64,000 nt of DNA from Ruditapes philippinarum. Lineage: Eukaryota. The stretch spans positions 124,001 to 188,000 of the forward strand of contig NW_026865541.1 of NCBI RefSeq assembly GCF_026571515.1, in the 5' to 3' direction. Positions 27,138-40,705 of this stretch are shown piece by piece; positions within the stretch are counted from its first letter, which is position 1, and each line of letters opens with the position of its first letter. The notes under the pieces were generated by a model. That model was not told the origin of the DNA. It did not search any database and saw nothing but the letters and a program-made list of their open reading frames with translations. The translations under genes and the position numbers were made by a program.

Positions 27138-28195
27138 TATATCCACGCATTAACATTCTGATTACATAGTAAATAGGGGTAATTATAATGGAGATTAAAT
27201 CTTATCTAGTTTATAGATATATTCCATTCATTTGTGTTATAATTTAATATTTTTCGACAAAATATCTCGCATTGGCCACTGCCGTAAAATCAAGCTGAGC
27301 ATGCATCTTAAGCGACATATAGGGGTTTCATTTGAAGCCTCTGGTGTATCCATTGATTATTTTAACAATTGTGATAATGCTACTATTTTAAGGTATAATA
27401 AACGGGTAATCGGGTAAGTGTTCCATTAAATTCATAATTGGATTTACAAGCAAATACAAAAATAACACTGAAAATCCTTTAAAATGATCATAGCTTGTCA
27501 TGTAATCTTAGTTTTTATTGTTTTTTTTTTCTTTGTGAGGTATATGCAATACGAGTTTTTTTATAATCTGATTTGTACAAAATTTACCGATTGATTTTTT
27601 CTCGAATAATTTAAATAATAAATAAATGACGAAAATACAAAACAAAGTTTAAAAAAAGATCCAACACAAATATTTCGTTTTTCCATTTTTTTTATTTCAT
27701 CATTAAATAACAATAACAACAATATAGATATTGTAGAAGATGGCGCTGTGATCAAAACGCTCGTGCACTGTGTGGTATTTAGGAAATCTCGTGAAAAACG
27801 TGATGAATAATCTGAAAGTAAAATAAAATATTTTTCATATGCGCTGCGCTACAATGTTATCAAACAAATATGTTATAATGTAAGGTTAAATTTGCTGTCA
27901 CAATAAAGACAACATTTTTCTGTCACAATTTAATATACAAGAATTTTATCAATATATTTTCACCAGGTGATTCTGTTATCAATCCAAATCATTATCATAA
28001 ATTGTGATATTTTGAATATTGATTGAATAAGTTAGTATTTATTCAATTTAAATACTAACTCTATTAGGATTTTGTTGTTCAGAATGCTATAACTGATAGA
28101 TAGATACATTTCTAAAGCTGTTAAAAGAATTAATCTTAGGTTACGTAACGTTGTTACATGTATAGGTTTGTTCTATACTTACATACTATAGGTTA

Positions 28196-28949
28196 TTATC
28201 CAGAAACTGTGGAGTTGATGAGAACAATCTGGTCTTGGTTGGCGCTGGTGTTGAACAATTGTGGGAGAAGGAACAACAAGAAGAACAGGGGCACTGAAAT
28301 AAAATAGGAAAATCATTTAGTTAACGTAAGGAATTCAAATGTTTCGGAGCAATCTGTAATTTGGTTAGACATAGGGCAGGTAATGTTCATCAATTAAATC
28401 GTAATGTCACCTAACACTTTAAAAACAACTAATGTATCTAGCTTCCTTCACTATGGATTGTCCTAAAATGCATTCAGGTACTTCAGAAAATATATCAGAT
28501 ATAGAAATAGAAAATGGTAACTATATATAGATATATAATAGGATAACTATACTATACTTACAGATGGACATGCCAAGACCTCCGGCGGCCTTTGGTGCAG
28601 CTGGAACTGGAATGTATGCAGCCTGTGCCATTCCTTTGCCGTAGCTAGATCCGTAGCTAGATCCGTAGCCCATACCGTATCCAGCACCGTATCCACTGCC
28701 CATACTAGCACCGTAGCTAGGACCGTATCCACCGCCGATACCTCCGCTGATATGTCCCAAACCGCCAACTGCACCACCGCCAAATGAAGCGCCACCGAAC
28801 GATGCACCACCGAATCCGTCATCATTTCCCCATCCGTTGTTGTCATTTCCCCATCCATTGTTGTTGTTCCAGTTATTGAATCTGTCGTCGGCGAAAACCA
28901 TACCGACGACGGCGGTCAAAGCGACAGTGACGAAAATTGTGATCTTCAT
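28196..28949 (-). CDS. Gly/Tyr/Asn-rich structural protein, paralog 2 (161 aa, ends SG*)
   Basis: Coding exons 28949-28562 and 28293-28196. 5'UTR exon ~29235-29201. 3'UTR exon from 27811 with AATAAA at 27696-27691. Confidence 0.9.
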
Positions 28950-29200
28950 GATTATTCTTGAAAAAAAATAGTAAAAGATGAAAACAGCTTGTTCTATATT
29001 ATTGTCGTAAATGTTTTCAAAAATGAATATAATGATAACATGAATAATACGAATAACACGAATAATAAAGAAGGAAAAATAGTGATAATTAACTTACGAA
29101 AATGTTATAAAACAGTTAATCGAATAGGTGAAAATATAAATGCTTTAAAAACTTTCGTAAAAATAAAAATTGTTGTTTAACTTTCTGTAAAAATGCTTAC

Positions 29201-29405
29201 ACTGTTTTTGGTTTGACTTTCTGAGGAAGAGTGATATGAGTATAAATTTTCGTGTTTAAATAGCCAACGAAATTTCAAACAGTCAAGACGTTTAGACGTA
29301 ACGTTGTAACGTATTTAACGCGGCGTAACGTAACTTACCCTACCTTTCAGACAACCGGATATAAATAACGATAATGGCGTAATTCTAAATCACGTTGACA
29401 GCTTT
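29201..29405 (-). promoter_or_regulatory. Promoter and non-coding exon 1 of paralog 2 (type A)
   Basis: TATTTAAA 29262-29255; ATCACT Inr-like; CGTAACGTAAC 29324-29334; CAGACAACCGGA 29348-29359; TTGACAG 29395-29401. Confidence 0.7.
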
Positions 29406-32400
29406 TACGCCCGTAGTAATGTCTGCTCGAAATTTTAATTTTCATTTAGAAAAAAAATTGAAATATACTATGAAAACATTTTAAATTGTAGTTGACCGAA
29501 TTTAAATGTTTAAAGAAAATCGGCGCAGAGGGTCTTATGTCGGGTGTTATTTTATCATGAATATTATGACAGTTAGACATGAGTACATGTATAGTGTATA
29601 TTGTGGAATGCTACGTAATTGTATGCTATCTAAATAAAAGGAAAATATGCCGAACTTTGTAATTGATTTCATCTGAATTAAAAAAAATATACCGAACTGT
29701 TTTTTCTTCATTTAAGACTGATATCGATTTGGTAAGGAAAAACAAACAAATACTTTTTTCTCTACCATTATCTCTATTATGTTTTAAATACATTTATTTT
29801 CATTTTCTGTTGATATCGAAAACTCATTAAAGGCCAATTATGCATCAGAAATGCTATCAGTTTTATTTCTCAAAAACTTTTTTTTGTATCTTGTTATGGT
29901 TTCTAAAAACATACCCATTTACTTTATACATGTACATAAACTATATTTTGCATCTTTAGTTCTGTTGGCAATTGGTTAATTTTAGTGAGTTAGTATTTAA
30001 AATACTATTTTGTTTATATTTTGGTACCCTTACGACACATAACTGTGCGTTCAGCGCTACTTTTTTAGTTGTAAAAAATCTTAAATGCACTTGATCCATT
30101 ATTTAAACATTATTAAAAACACATGTTTAATATTTTTAAAGAATTGAAAGTATATGGACTTCTGAGGCATAATGTGCCTTTAACATAGAAATTTATGTAA
30201 AAATAAAGATAATGGAGTAGAATGTAAGATAAAGTGATTTTCGATTGAAGAAGTAATAATTTATTTAATACACAAATTCAAAGAACAACGGTTTAAAATC
30301 TCATCCAGTAGAAAGTGATTAGTTTGTAGCCTGCTTTCTATAGCTAAGGCTTCACACAGTTCTTGTTTATTTTGTATTTCTTTCCTGGAATATGTAAAAA
30401 TATCCATCCTATTAATTTTTTTACAGATATTGAAGTTTGATATATTTAGTACATCTTTTATTTTCGGTTTTGAATTACAAAGCAAGATACTTGTTAGTTA
30501 TTTAATTTACTCCCAATTCAACAACACGAACATACAATAAACATGAAATATGTGGCTAAATCATGAAATCAAATTTTAAGGAGTTATATAAGTAAAAAAC
30601 ACACGCTGTATTAGACAAAAATATAAAAAAAAAAACGGAAAAAAGAGAAAAAAAATGTTCAAGAACATATTAAAGCGAAAATAAGTTGTAGAATGAGGAC
30701 AAAAACGGGAAAATCCCACAGCAATCCCTTTAATGCAAACTATTTAATCAGAAAACTTTCTTGAAATAAAATATATACTTAGTTTATGTTTATATTTCGA
30801 TTTATAGTCTAATTAAATATCACCATAATGAAAATTTCCTCTACAAGTAGTTTTGTACCGAGTTTACATCTTATGATGGATGATAAGTCCTGATGTTCTC
30901 ATATAAAATTTACAATTATATACACATATGTTGCTCGAAATGCTATGTAAAGGCTTAAAACTAAAATAGTTTATTATCTTAAGTTAATCCCCTTTGGTTC
31001 TTCCCATGTCAAGGTCATATTTTCGGCACAGGCAAGTTCCAAGAAGCGGACTCAAAAGTGACACACCTTGTATAAATATAAAAAAAACAATGTACAAAAA
31101 TATATTGTATAAACTGAATCCCTCCGGCCAATAACGCCAATACCATTCAATTTATAAATGCCTGTTTTGTTCGTTTGTATGACTATTTTTAAGAATTGAA
31201 CTTTTTTAAGTCCGCCCGTTGAGCTCGATACAGAGAGCATGGGATTGCGAAAATTCTCCGTGAAAACTGTTCTCGGACAGTGAATATAATATTACATTTT
31301 GTCTCTAAGAACTGATTCAGAAATCATGTGGAATTAGTGGTCGGTCCAAAGCGAAATTGATAATTGCTGGCAAATTATCCAGTTTTACCGATAAGATGGA
31401 TCGATCGCCGAGTTTATAACCAAATACATGTGTGGCGTAAAAAACAGAAAAAACATACAAACAATTATTTTGCTATGTATCCGCATATAATAACAATGGC
31501 TATGTTAAGTATTGTTATAGTTTTCAATTCCCATCTTATAGCATGATGCAAACAATATTTCTTATTTCACTGGCTTATCAGAAATGTGCTGGATATAGTA
31601 TATTATGAAGTTATTATACATTATAGACAATACAATACTGAATTCTATTGGACGAGTACACAGCTGTCAAACCTATATTGTACGAGGCACTAGCCGAGTC
31701 ATGTATAGGCTTTACAGCTGTGTCCGAGTCCAATAGAATCAGAATTGTTCTCAAACATAAGCATATTAAATGACCTCTTTATTTCACAACACAATTTTTT
31801 TTTGACATTTTAACAGAACTTTGTTACTTTAATTACAATATGGATTTGATATTGATTTTGAACTTTCAAAAATTGAAAATGATGGGATGCTATATAGCTA
31901 TGATATGAAAGTTTTGGACTCTGGATATATAAACGAAGATGTATGGAATGTGACATAGATTTGATATGAACCTTTTAATCTCTGAAAATGAAAACGAGCT
32001 TATATGGGGTTGTGATATGAATTTGATAAGGACTTTTTGAAAATCTTAAACGAAGCTAAATTGACCAAGTTTTGGATCCAATAATGATTTCTATTGGAAC
32101 ATCACGTGAAGCAAATGCTGAAAGTTCAATTATTATAGTTAATAAGGTGTGAAATAAGCACTCCTATTTTCCTGGTAAACCAAAAATGCTCAGTGCCGGA
32201 TATAGTTTTACCACTCATATAACACTGATTAACCACAACGATACACCGCAGTGTTGCCGATATTTCTTCTTTTAGAAATAAATGTATACCATTAAGTTTT
32301 TCACTTGTTGTTTCTGTAAAATCTCAAGAAAATATCATTTCATTCAAAAATAGGCGTACTTTTTAAGTGACTTGTTGTAGTTCTGCATGCGCGCTATTAT

Positions 32401-33986
32401 ATTCTCAACGCCGCTAAATATCGCGAAATATTTTGCATTAAATGTCGCGCGATTCTCACAAACAAAGGATTTAAATTTATTTTTAATTAAAGTAGTAGTA
32501 GGCTGAAATGGGAGTTGTTTAAATCAACGGCCATAATTTATGCTCCATATACAAGTAGCAACCTACATGTGGGTTCCAATTACGATAGATCTAACACATC
32601 AGGAAGTGTATTCTAGAAAGGTTCCATTGAAACACAATTTCAAAATTCAGTATCATCAGAGGAGTATAAATGACAATTTGTATTTAACGTAGATGGCATC
32701 TACATTGCAATTATAGCGGTTTTTTTAACAAAAGAAAAATAGAAGGAAAATAAAAACAAGCGCACAAAAAAATCTTAAACTAGAAAATAATAAATGAAAC
32801 AAATAGATGGAAAATTAGTTCACAATCCTTTTTATTGAGTTATCTGTCCCTGAAAGATATTTTCTTTTCTCTCAGGAGTAGAAACTGTGACTTGAAACAC
32901 CTCATTTGTTTTTAGATTAGTATTTGTTATTTTATTTCCTCGGGTTATTTGGTGCAAATTTGCTGCAATTATATATGAAATATCTTATTTAATAGTTTGC
33001 TCATTTGAAACGGAACGATTTTTTTCGAGAACACATAATGCAGTGCAGTAGTTGTAAAAATATTTTTGATAAAATTGTTTTAAACCTTGCTAATAATAAC
33101 TGAAGATATTGTATCATAGAAAATCAAAACACAGAAGGCGCTGAATTTGTTTGGGTCTCAGAATATCATAAACGTCATAAATTTCATGTCACCAAATTAA
33201 ATATCAGGAACAACTGTTTAGAAATTATGATTTGGAATATAAGAAATGTGTTTTTCATTTATTGTTAGTATCATGCATTTTCCATTGTTGTAGATAAAAT
33301 GAAGACTAATCTTGTTAAATTGTAATGATTGGAATGATTTAAAAAACAAATTAGAATTACTTTTTGTTGTGACACATAAAATTATGTTCTATTTTGTCTG
33401 TACTTATACATACTAACCCTTATATTTATATATCAAATGAAGTTAATCAAGGGACTAACAGTGTATGTAGGGTTTATCTTTAAGTAAGTAGGATGATGAC
33501 TGTTGAAATGTTGTGTACGTACGTAACAAAGGGGATAACTTGAAGGGCATCACGCTTGAATAATTTAAAAAATATTAAACACGCGCTTTATATTACCCCA
33601 GTTGCTTTAAATACTTCTGAAATGCCCCCTCGTACATAGTCATTGAAGCAGTTTCACCCTGTAGAATATCTTCTACAACAATTGACTAATATTAAGCTTT
33701 GTAATTTTTCATCTGCCTGAGAGGAACCAATTGTTTAGAAACAGGCGGTCAACACAGATTTTTCTGTTAAGTCACTAGACTCGATTTTTGTTGTTGTTGT
33801 TGTTTTTCCCCTGCATATATTTTATTTAAATTTATCAAAATGATTTACTTAATTTATTTACTGCTCATTATGTTTTATTATTTGTATCAAAATGCGAAAC
33901 GAAATTTAAAACCTTTGGTGGTGAACTTATAAGGACAGATTATGGTACCATATAAAGCTATTAACCCGGTTATTAAAAATCTAAAT

Positions 33987-34110
33987 ACAGTCTAACCTGT
34001 CAACAAAAGCCACCCGAGGATAATATAAATAATGGACTTTATGGACAAGTGGTCTTTATTTGCAGGGTTATCTGTATTCAGGGTTGGTCTTTAACACATG
34101 TTTGACTGTA
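33987..34110. mobile_element. Short Tc1/mariner-type MITE (homologs at ~39368-39810 and ~42418-42525)
   Basis: TACAGTCTAACCTGT ... ACATGTTTGACTGTA. Confidence 0.65.
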
Positions 34111-35007
34111 TGTCAACTCGCCATGCTGGACTACAATGTATCAAAATACATGCTATTTGTTATTTAAGGACGAGAGTATTATATTTGTTTGTATTTGTTT
34201 TATTTTCTGTCTAACATAACAATAATAAATAACATGTACATATTAGTAGAACTGTTGCTGTCTGATCAAAATGCATCTAGGCTGTGTGGTGATAGTGGGA
34301 ACATCAAAATATAACTAGACTGTGTATCAATAGAAGGACCATCTCATAACATAACATAGACTGGAGAGAACTCTGTAAAGAAAAAAATAAAACCATTTCA
34401 CATGAACAATATAATAAAATACACAGGAACAATATATTTAAATACTTTATAAACCATTTAACCCGAAAAGCAAATTTTCGTTTCCACAATCATGCGACAA
34501 CAAAAATTCCAATAAAATATGTAGCGAAATTTTTCGGTTTTGTTTCCCATTCGAAAATATAACTATACACAATTATACATTTATTGTGTTAAAATATAAA
34601 AGAAAATTATTTTTACGGTAGGAAAATGGTTATTAACTTCGGAAGCATTTTTGAATTAAAAACATGCAAAATACCAAATCTATTTTGGATTATATACTCG
34701 GAAACTTTTTTATTTTGATTTTTGTTGAAATTTTTTACTCATATGGAAGCGTTCAGCATTTAAATTTTTGCAAGTTCATCATATCATAAGCTGTATAACA
34801 CAATCTATATGTTTAAGCAACGAAATGTTAATATTGCACAAAATCTTGATTCCTTTGATCTGGAATGATCAAAGCACTGAAAGCACAGGAAGGTTCTAAA
34901 ATTACATAGTCAATATAAACATTATGATTGTCCGATGAAAATCGACGTAACAAACGTGCAGTATTACACCAACATGTATAGAAATACATATACTTACATA
35001 TTATAGC

Positions 35008-35741
35008 TTATTTTCCAGAAACTGTTGAGTTGAGGAGAATAATCTGGTCTTGGTTGGCGCTGGTGTTGAACAATTGTGGGAGAAGGAACAACAAGAAGAA
35101 CAGGGGCACTGAAAGTTTTAAGAAAGAAAGAACATGCTATAAAATGTTTGTAATTGACTATAACCAAATAAGTTAACACCTTTACTTCGAGATAAAAGAC
35201 AAATATTGAAAACGGTAATCAAATTAAATCAAATTATCAATTTATTAGTGGTGCAATAAAAAATCAATAAAAAAAAACAAAAAACAAAACAAAAAAACTT
35301 AAAAACACCTTATTCTTGAACGCACTTATAAATTAATGCATATAGTTACTTACAGATGGACATTCCAAGACCTCCGGCGGCCTTTGGTGCAGCTGGGACT
35401 GGAATGTATGCAGCCTGTGCCATTCCTTTGCCGTGGCTAGATCCGTAGCCCATGCCGTAACTAGAGCCGTATCCAGCACCGTATCCACTGCCGTATCCAG
35501 CACCGTAGCTAGGACCGTATCCACTGCCGATACCTCCGCTGATATGTCCCATACCGCCAACTGAAGCACCGCCAAATGAAGCGCCACCGAACGATGCACC
35601 GCTGAATCCGTCATCATTTCCCCATCCATTGTTGTCATTTCCCCATCCATTGTTGTTGTTCCAGTTATTGAATCTGTCGTCAGCAAAGACCATTCCGACG
35701 ACGGCGGTCAAAGCGACAGTGACGAAAATTGTGATCTTCAT
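35008..35741 (-). CDS. Gly/Tyr/Asn-rich structural protein, paralog 3 (162 aa)
   Basis: Coding exons 35741-35354 and 35108-35008. 5'UTR exon ~36455-36422. 3'UTR exon from 34372 with AATAAA at 34204-34199. Confidence 0.9.
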
Positions 35742-35965
35742 ATTTATTCTGAAAATAAAAAATGGTATTCACATAATCAAACCACAATTGTTTCCTTTAT
35801 ATTTACTTCACTTTGCCTATTCGTTTATGAAATTCCGTTAAAATATAAATTAAAATTGATTAAAACTGAAACAACAGGCAATTTGACGCAGGGAAACATA
35901 AAATGAAACATGTTGCGTTATTTTTTCACACAAAATTTATGCAAATACCATGATGTTCGCACCAT

Positions 35966-36148
35966 TTAACACTTTCTAAATTGAACTCGTCCAGCTTCTA
36001 TTATTGGACTGACCATTATCATATTTTCGGGGGTATCAAGATGACATTGATAAAAAGTTTGGAACCTGGTTAGACTGCCCGGATGTTCAGGCTATTCTGG
36101 CTCTATACTGGTAGAAAAAACTAGCCACTATTGGTTCCAGCAGGGTTA
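35966..36148. mobile_element. Short TTAA-bounded MITE family (relatives ~3585-3770, 41565-41715, 61962-62160)
   Basis: TTAACAC...GGGTTAA ends with shared CTCGTCCAGCTT and AGACTGCCCGGATGT core. Confidence 0.5.
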
Positions 36149-36421
36149 AACAAAAATTACAGCAACGCTTATACATTTAATGGTTTTAGAAAGGCGAATG
36201 GTAAAAATGTCAAATTCGAAAATGACTCCCGATTTTGAAAATAGATACGAACGTTTATTTCTAAAATGAATTTAACGTTTAAAATTATAATTTGAATAGT
36301 TAACAAATAATCATGTTCGCATCTTATATCAATATACTGCAATATGAGTACATGTTAACAATTTAAGAAAATAATTTTTATTTGTAAATATTTCTAATTA
36401 TGGGTTTTAAGATATACTTAC

Positions 36422-36550
36422 TTGTTTTAATTTGACAATCCAGAGTAGATGTGATTTTCATTAAGGATGTTTGAAGTTTTTATAGTAAAAATAAATTTGA
36501 CATCGCCTTCAGGAAGTGATATAACAGTCTACCCCTACCCTTCATAATGT
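36422..36550 (-). promoter_or_regulatory. Promoter and non-coding exon 1 of paralog 3 (type B)
   Basis: TATAAAAA 36484-36477. Block CAGGAAGTGATATAACAGTCTACCC from 36510 has an ETS-like core and is shared with paralogs 4 and 5. Confidence 0.7.
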
Positions 36551-37130
36551 CACAGGTACAGAACACGTGATTGTTGTTATAATTTTCTTTTTTTTCCCCC
36601 GTTTAAACCATTACTTTATAAATTATCATTGTTGTAGTGAAACATTTCACTGCATCAACAGTGAAAGTCGGTGTAAGGTTTGAATTTTGTTCATTCCAGT
36701 ATTGAATGACAAGTTATTTTGAGTTATAATAGCTGACGCAGTAATGAAATGTAATGTAATGTAATAACAAGTTAAATTGTCAACAAATGAACATCACGTC
36801 TTTTATCATCAACACCAAGTTCATGACTTATGTAAACCAACAGTATGAAATAATAATAATATATACCTTTAACGTCTTATACATGTTAAAACTTGTATCA
36901 AATAAAGGCACCTTCAAGATCATGAGCATGCGTACTGCTTCGTTATCACTTAAAAGGGAAAGTAGCGCTCCAGTGAAGTGTGACTAAGTTAACTATCTAG
37001 TTTTTAAAAATTGAAAACAGTTATGGTTAAGATAAATTCCCTTCAAAAAAGCTGAGAGCTCTGTTGTCTTTGAGCAAATAAATTGTAAGTTTTCATGAAT
37101 AGTTAAATTGTCGATAAACGTGCATGTAGC

Positions 37131-38040
37131 AATGGCCGTGAAGTACGCGGGGTAACGGGCTAGCGGTGTGGTGGACTGACATGGTGAACTGGGCGGGCTA
37201 GCAGTCTAGCGGGATAACAGTGTAAACTGGGCGGGATAGCAGTCTAGCGGGTAACAGTGTGAACTGGGCGGGCTAGCAGTCTAGCAGTGTGAACTGAGCT
37301 GGCTGGCGGGCCAGCGGGTAAACTCTAAAACTTAACTGATTCAACATGAAAACGTAATGATACATATCCTAGCAGTGTGAAGTGGGCGGGCTAATAGTGT
37401 AGCGGGCTAGCAGTGTGAACTGAGCGGGCTGGCGGACCAGCGGGCTAAACTTTAATACTTAATTGAATCAACATGAAAACGTTATGAAACATTTCCTAGC
37501 AGTGGGAAGTGGGCGGGCTAACAGTGTAGCGGGCTAGCAGTGTGAAATGAGCGGTCTGGCGGGCCAGCGGGATAAACTTTATTACTTAATTGAATCAACA
37601 TGAAAACCTCATAATACATTTCCTAGCAGTGTAAAGTGGCCGGGCTGACGGTGTAGCGGGCTAGAAGTGTGAACTAGGCGAATGGCGGACCAGCGGATTA
37701 AACTCTAAAAATGTATCATAAGGTTTTAATGTTGATTCAATTAAGTATTAAAGTTTTTCCCGCTGGCCCGCCAGTCCGCTCATTTCGCTCAGTTCACACT
37801 GCTAGCCCGCTACACTTTACACCGCCCAGTTCACACTGCCAAGTAATGTATCATAACATTGTCATGTTGATTCAATTAAAAAATTGAAGTTTAGCCCACT
37901 GGCCCGCCATCCCGCTCAGTTCACACTGCTAGACCGCTTGACTGCTAGCCCGCCCAGTCCGCTTGACTGCTATCCCGCCCAATTCACACTGTTATCCCGC
38001 CACACCGCTTGCCCGTTACCCCGCGTACTTCACGGCCATT
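37131..38040. mobile_element. Non-autonomous foldback DNA transposon with modular GC-rich arms
   Basis: TIR AATGGCCGTGAAGTACGCGGGGTAACGGGC. Flanking direct repeat ATGTAGC(A) at 37124 and 38041 (7-8 bp TSD). Internal ~127-bp tandem units at 37368, 37496, 37622, with inverted copies at ~37715-37930. Confidence 0.85.
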
Positions 38041-38359
38041 ATGTAGCAGTCGTTTGTAGCAGACGGATTCTTGCAATTTCCCGCCCATATTTGGAAATGA
38101 ACGAAATTGGGGTTTGGCTATGAATTTCTGGTCACGATTCAAGTTTGGAACTATTATACTCAAAGGCAACCGAACCTAGCCAATCAAGCGAAGTGGCTGG
38201 CACAAAAAGGTCGAAAAATAAAAAAATTGTCCCTAAGGCAAGAGAAAGTATAAAAATGGACATAAAAAAAACCTATTGCAATAATTAAAGCAATATTTAT
38301 AGATATGTTTATACAATAACAACGAAGTAACTACATGAACACAGAAATACATATCAGAC

Positions 38360-38570
38360 TGTTTTCCATTTCATCACGATTTAATAACAATAGCAACAAT
38401 GTAAATATTTCAAATGATCAAAACGCTCGTACACTGTGTGGCGATTATAAAATCTCATGAAAACCGGGATGAATAATCTAAAGAAAAAAAATATCATACA
38501 GGAAAAAATTTGTTATTCAGCAAATGTGTAAATTATAAAGGCAAAATGTTGCTGTCATAATATCTTCAAT
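38360..38570 (-). other. Orphan copy of the paralog-2-type terminal (3'UTR) exon and adjacent intron
   Basis: tag|ATTATTCATC...CCACACAGTGTACGAGCGTTTTGATCA (exon start 38477) aligns with 27811-27670. Intron similarity continues to ~38570. No coding exon is seen before the N gap at 38707. Confidence 0.75.
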
Positions 38571-39426
38571 TTTGCAATCACAAGTAAGAAGTATTACACA
38601 TGAATGAGGGCCATCTAGCATAAAAGTGCTCGCCAATCAATATATGGACCAACGATCTAATTAACTGTTAGGTCACTTGCTACTAGGCTGAGGCGGTCAC
38701 TTGACGNNNNNNNNNNNNNNNNNNNNNNNNNNNNNNNNNNNNNNNNNNNNNNNNNNNNNNNNNNNNNNNNNNNNNNNNNNNNNNNNNNNNNNNNNNNNNN
38801 NNNNNNNNNNNNNNNNNNNNNNNNNNNNNNNNNNNNNNNNNNNNNNNNACTGCAGTTTAAGCAAAGAAGTCACATAATTTGCTGAATATTTTATTAAAAA
38901 GATATCATTTTGCTGTGGCACTATTATTGACAACAATAAATATTTTTAAAAATATTAGTTTTGTTTCATTCTAAAGTTACCTAGAACGTTTAAAATATTA
39001 TATATAGGCAGCAAAATAATGAAATTAATTATTTGGCACCGGCCTTTTCCGATCACAGAATAACTTTATTTTCATATGAGCGATTCTTATCTATATTCTC
39101 TCTCAATTTATCATAATGATTTACTTTATTTGTTTATTGCTTATTATGTTTTGTGTGTTGTCTCGTTTTTTTTTGTTGTTTTTCCCCTAAATATCTTCTA
39201 TCCAAATTTATCTTAATGGTTTACTTTATTTCATTATTTTTTGTCTGTTGTGTCAAAATGCTAAAAGAAATCTAAAACCTTTGGTGGGGAACTTATGAGG
39301 ACAAATTATGGTACCATATAAAGCTATATAACGGGTATGTTTGTGTTTTAGTTAATTAAAATCTAAATACAGTTAAACCTGTGAATAAAGGCCACCCAAA
39401 GGAAATACAGATATAGGTATTTATAA

Positions 39427-39835
39427 ACAAGTGGTCTTTATCTGCTATCTATATTCAGAGGTGGTATTTAACAAAGATATTTGTATGTATGTCAACTCGC
39501 CATGCTGGACTATTGAAATACATGTTCAAGACAAGTGGTCTTTATTTGCAGGGCTATATGTATTCAGAGGTGGTATTAAACAAAGATCTTTGTATGTATG
39601 TCAACTCGCCATGCTGGACTATTGAAATACATGTTCAAGACAAGTGGTCTTTATTTGCAGGGCTATCTGTATTCAGAGGTGGTATTTAACAAAGATCTTT
39701 GTATGTATGTCAACTCGCCATGCTGGCTATTGAAAACATGTTCAAGACAAGTGGTCTTTATTTGCAGGGCTATCTATATTCAGAGGTGGTCTTTAACACA
39801 GGGTTTGACAATATGTCAATTCGCCATGCTGGACT
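39427..39835. repeat. ~108-bp tandem repeat (about 4 units) derived from a MITE half plus flank
   Basis: ACAAGTGGTCTTTAT units at ~39427, 39531, 39640, 39747; single copy at the paralogous site ~34046-34135. Confidence 0.85.
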
Positions 39836-40705
39836 ACAATGTATTAAAATACATGCTATTTGCCAATTAAAGCTTCAGAAAAGACGAGAATATTATATTT
39901 GTTTGTATTTGTTTTATTTTCTGTCTAACATAACAATAATAAATAACATGTACATATTTGTAGAACTGTTGCTGTCTGATCAAAATGCATCTAGGCTGTG
40001 TGGTGATAGTAGGAACGTCAAAATATATCTAGACTTTGTATCAATAGATGGAACATCTCAAAACATAGACTGAGGAGAACTCTGTGAAGTAAAAATAAAA
40101 CCATTCACATGAACACACATGAACAATATATTGAAAAACTTATGGAGAATATAATGAAATACATTATAAACTATTTAACAGAAATCAAGTTTTCGCATTT
40201 AAAATTCCATTTAAATATGTAGGGAAATTTTTCGAACTGGTTTTAACTCCCGTCAGAAAAATTTGTATCTATAATATCCTAACAATTATACATTAATTGT
40301 GTTAAATATGGAAGAAAATTACCTTTACCACCATTTGTTACCAGGTATGAATATATGGTATGCGATATTATTTTCCATTAAAAATATGCAAAAATACAAC
40401 ATGTATTTTGGAATATACCCTCTATTTTGATTTTTGTCAAATTTTTTACTCATATAGAAGCGTTCAGCATTTAAATTTTTCTAAGTTTATCATATCATCA
40501 GTTGAAATTATTAAACGGCAATATGTTTGAGTAACGCTGCATTAAATCTTGCTTCCTTCGATTGGAATAATCAAAGCACTGAAAGCACTGGAATATTATA
40601 TTTTACAGACAATGCAAACATTATTATCGTCACTGAAAATCGATGTAACATACTTGCAGCATTACATCTATGTGTATAAAAATACATATACTTACATACT
40701 ATCGT

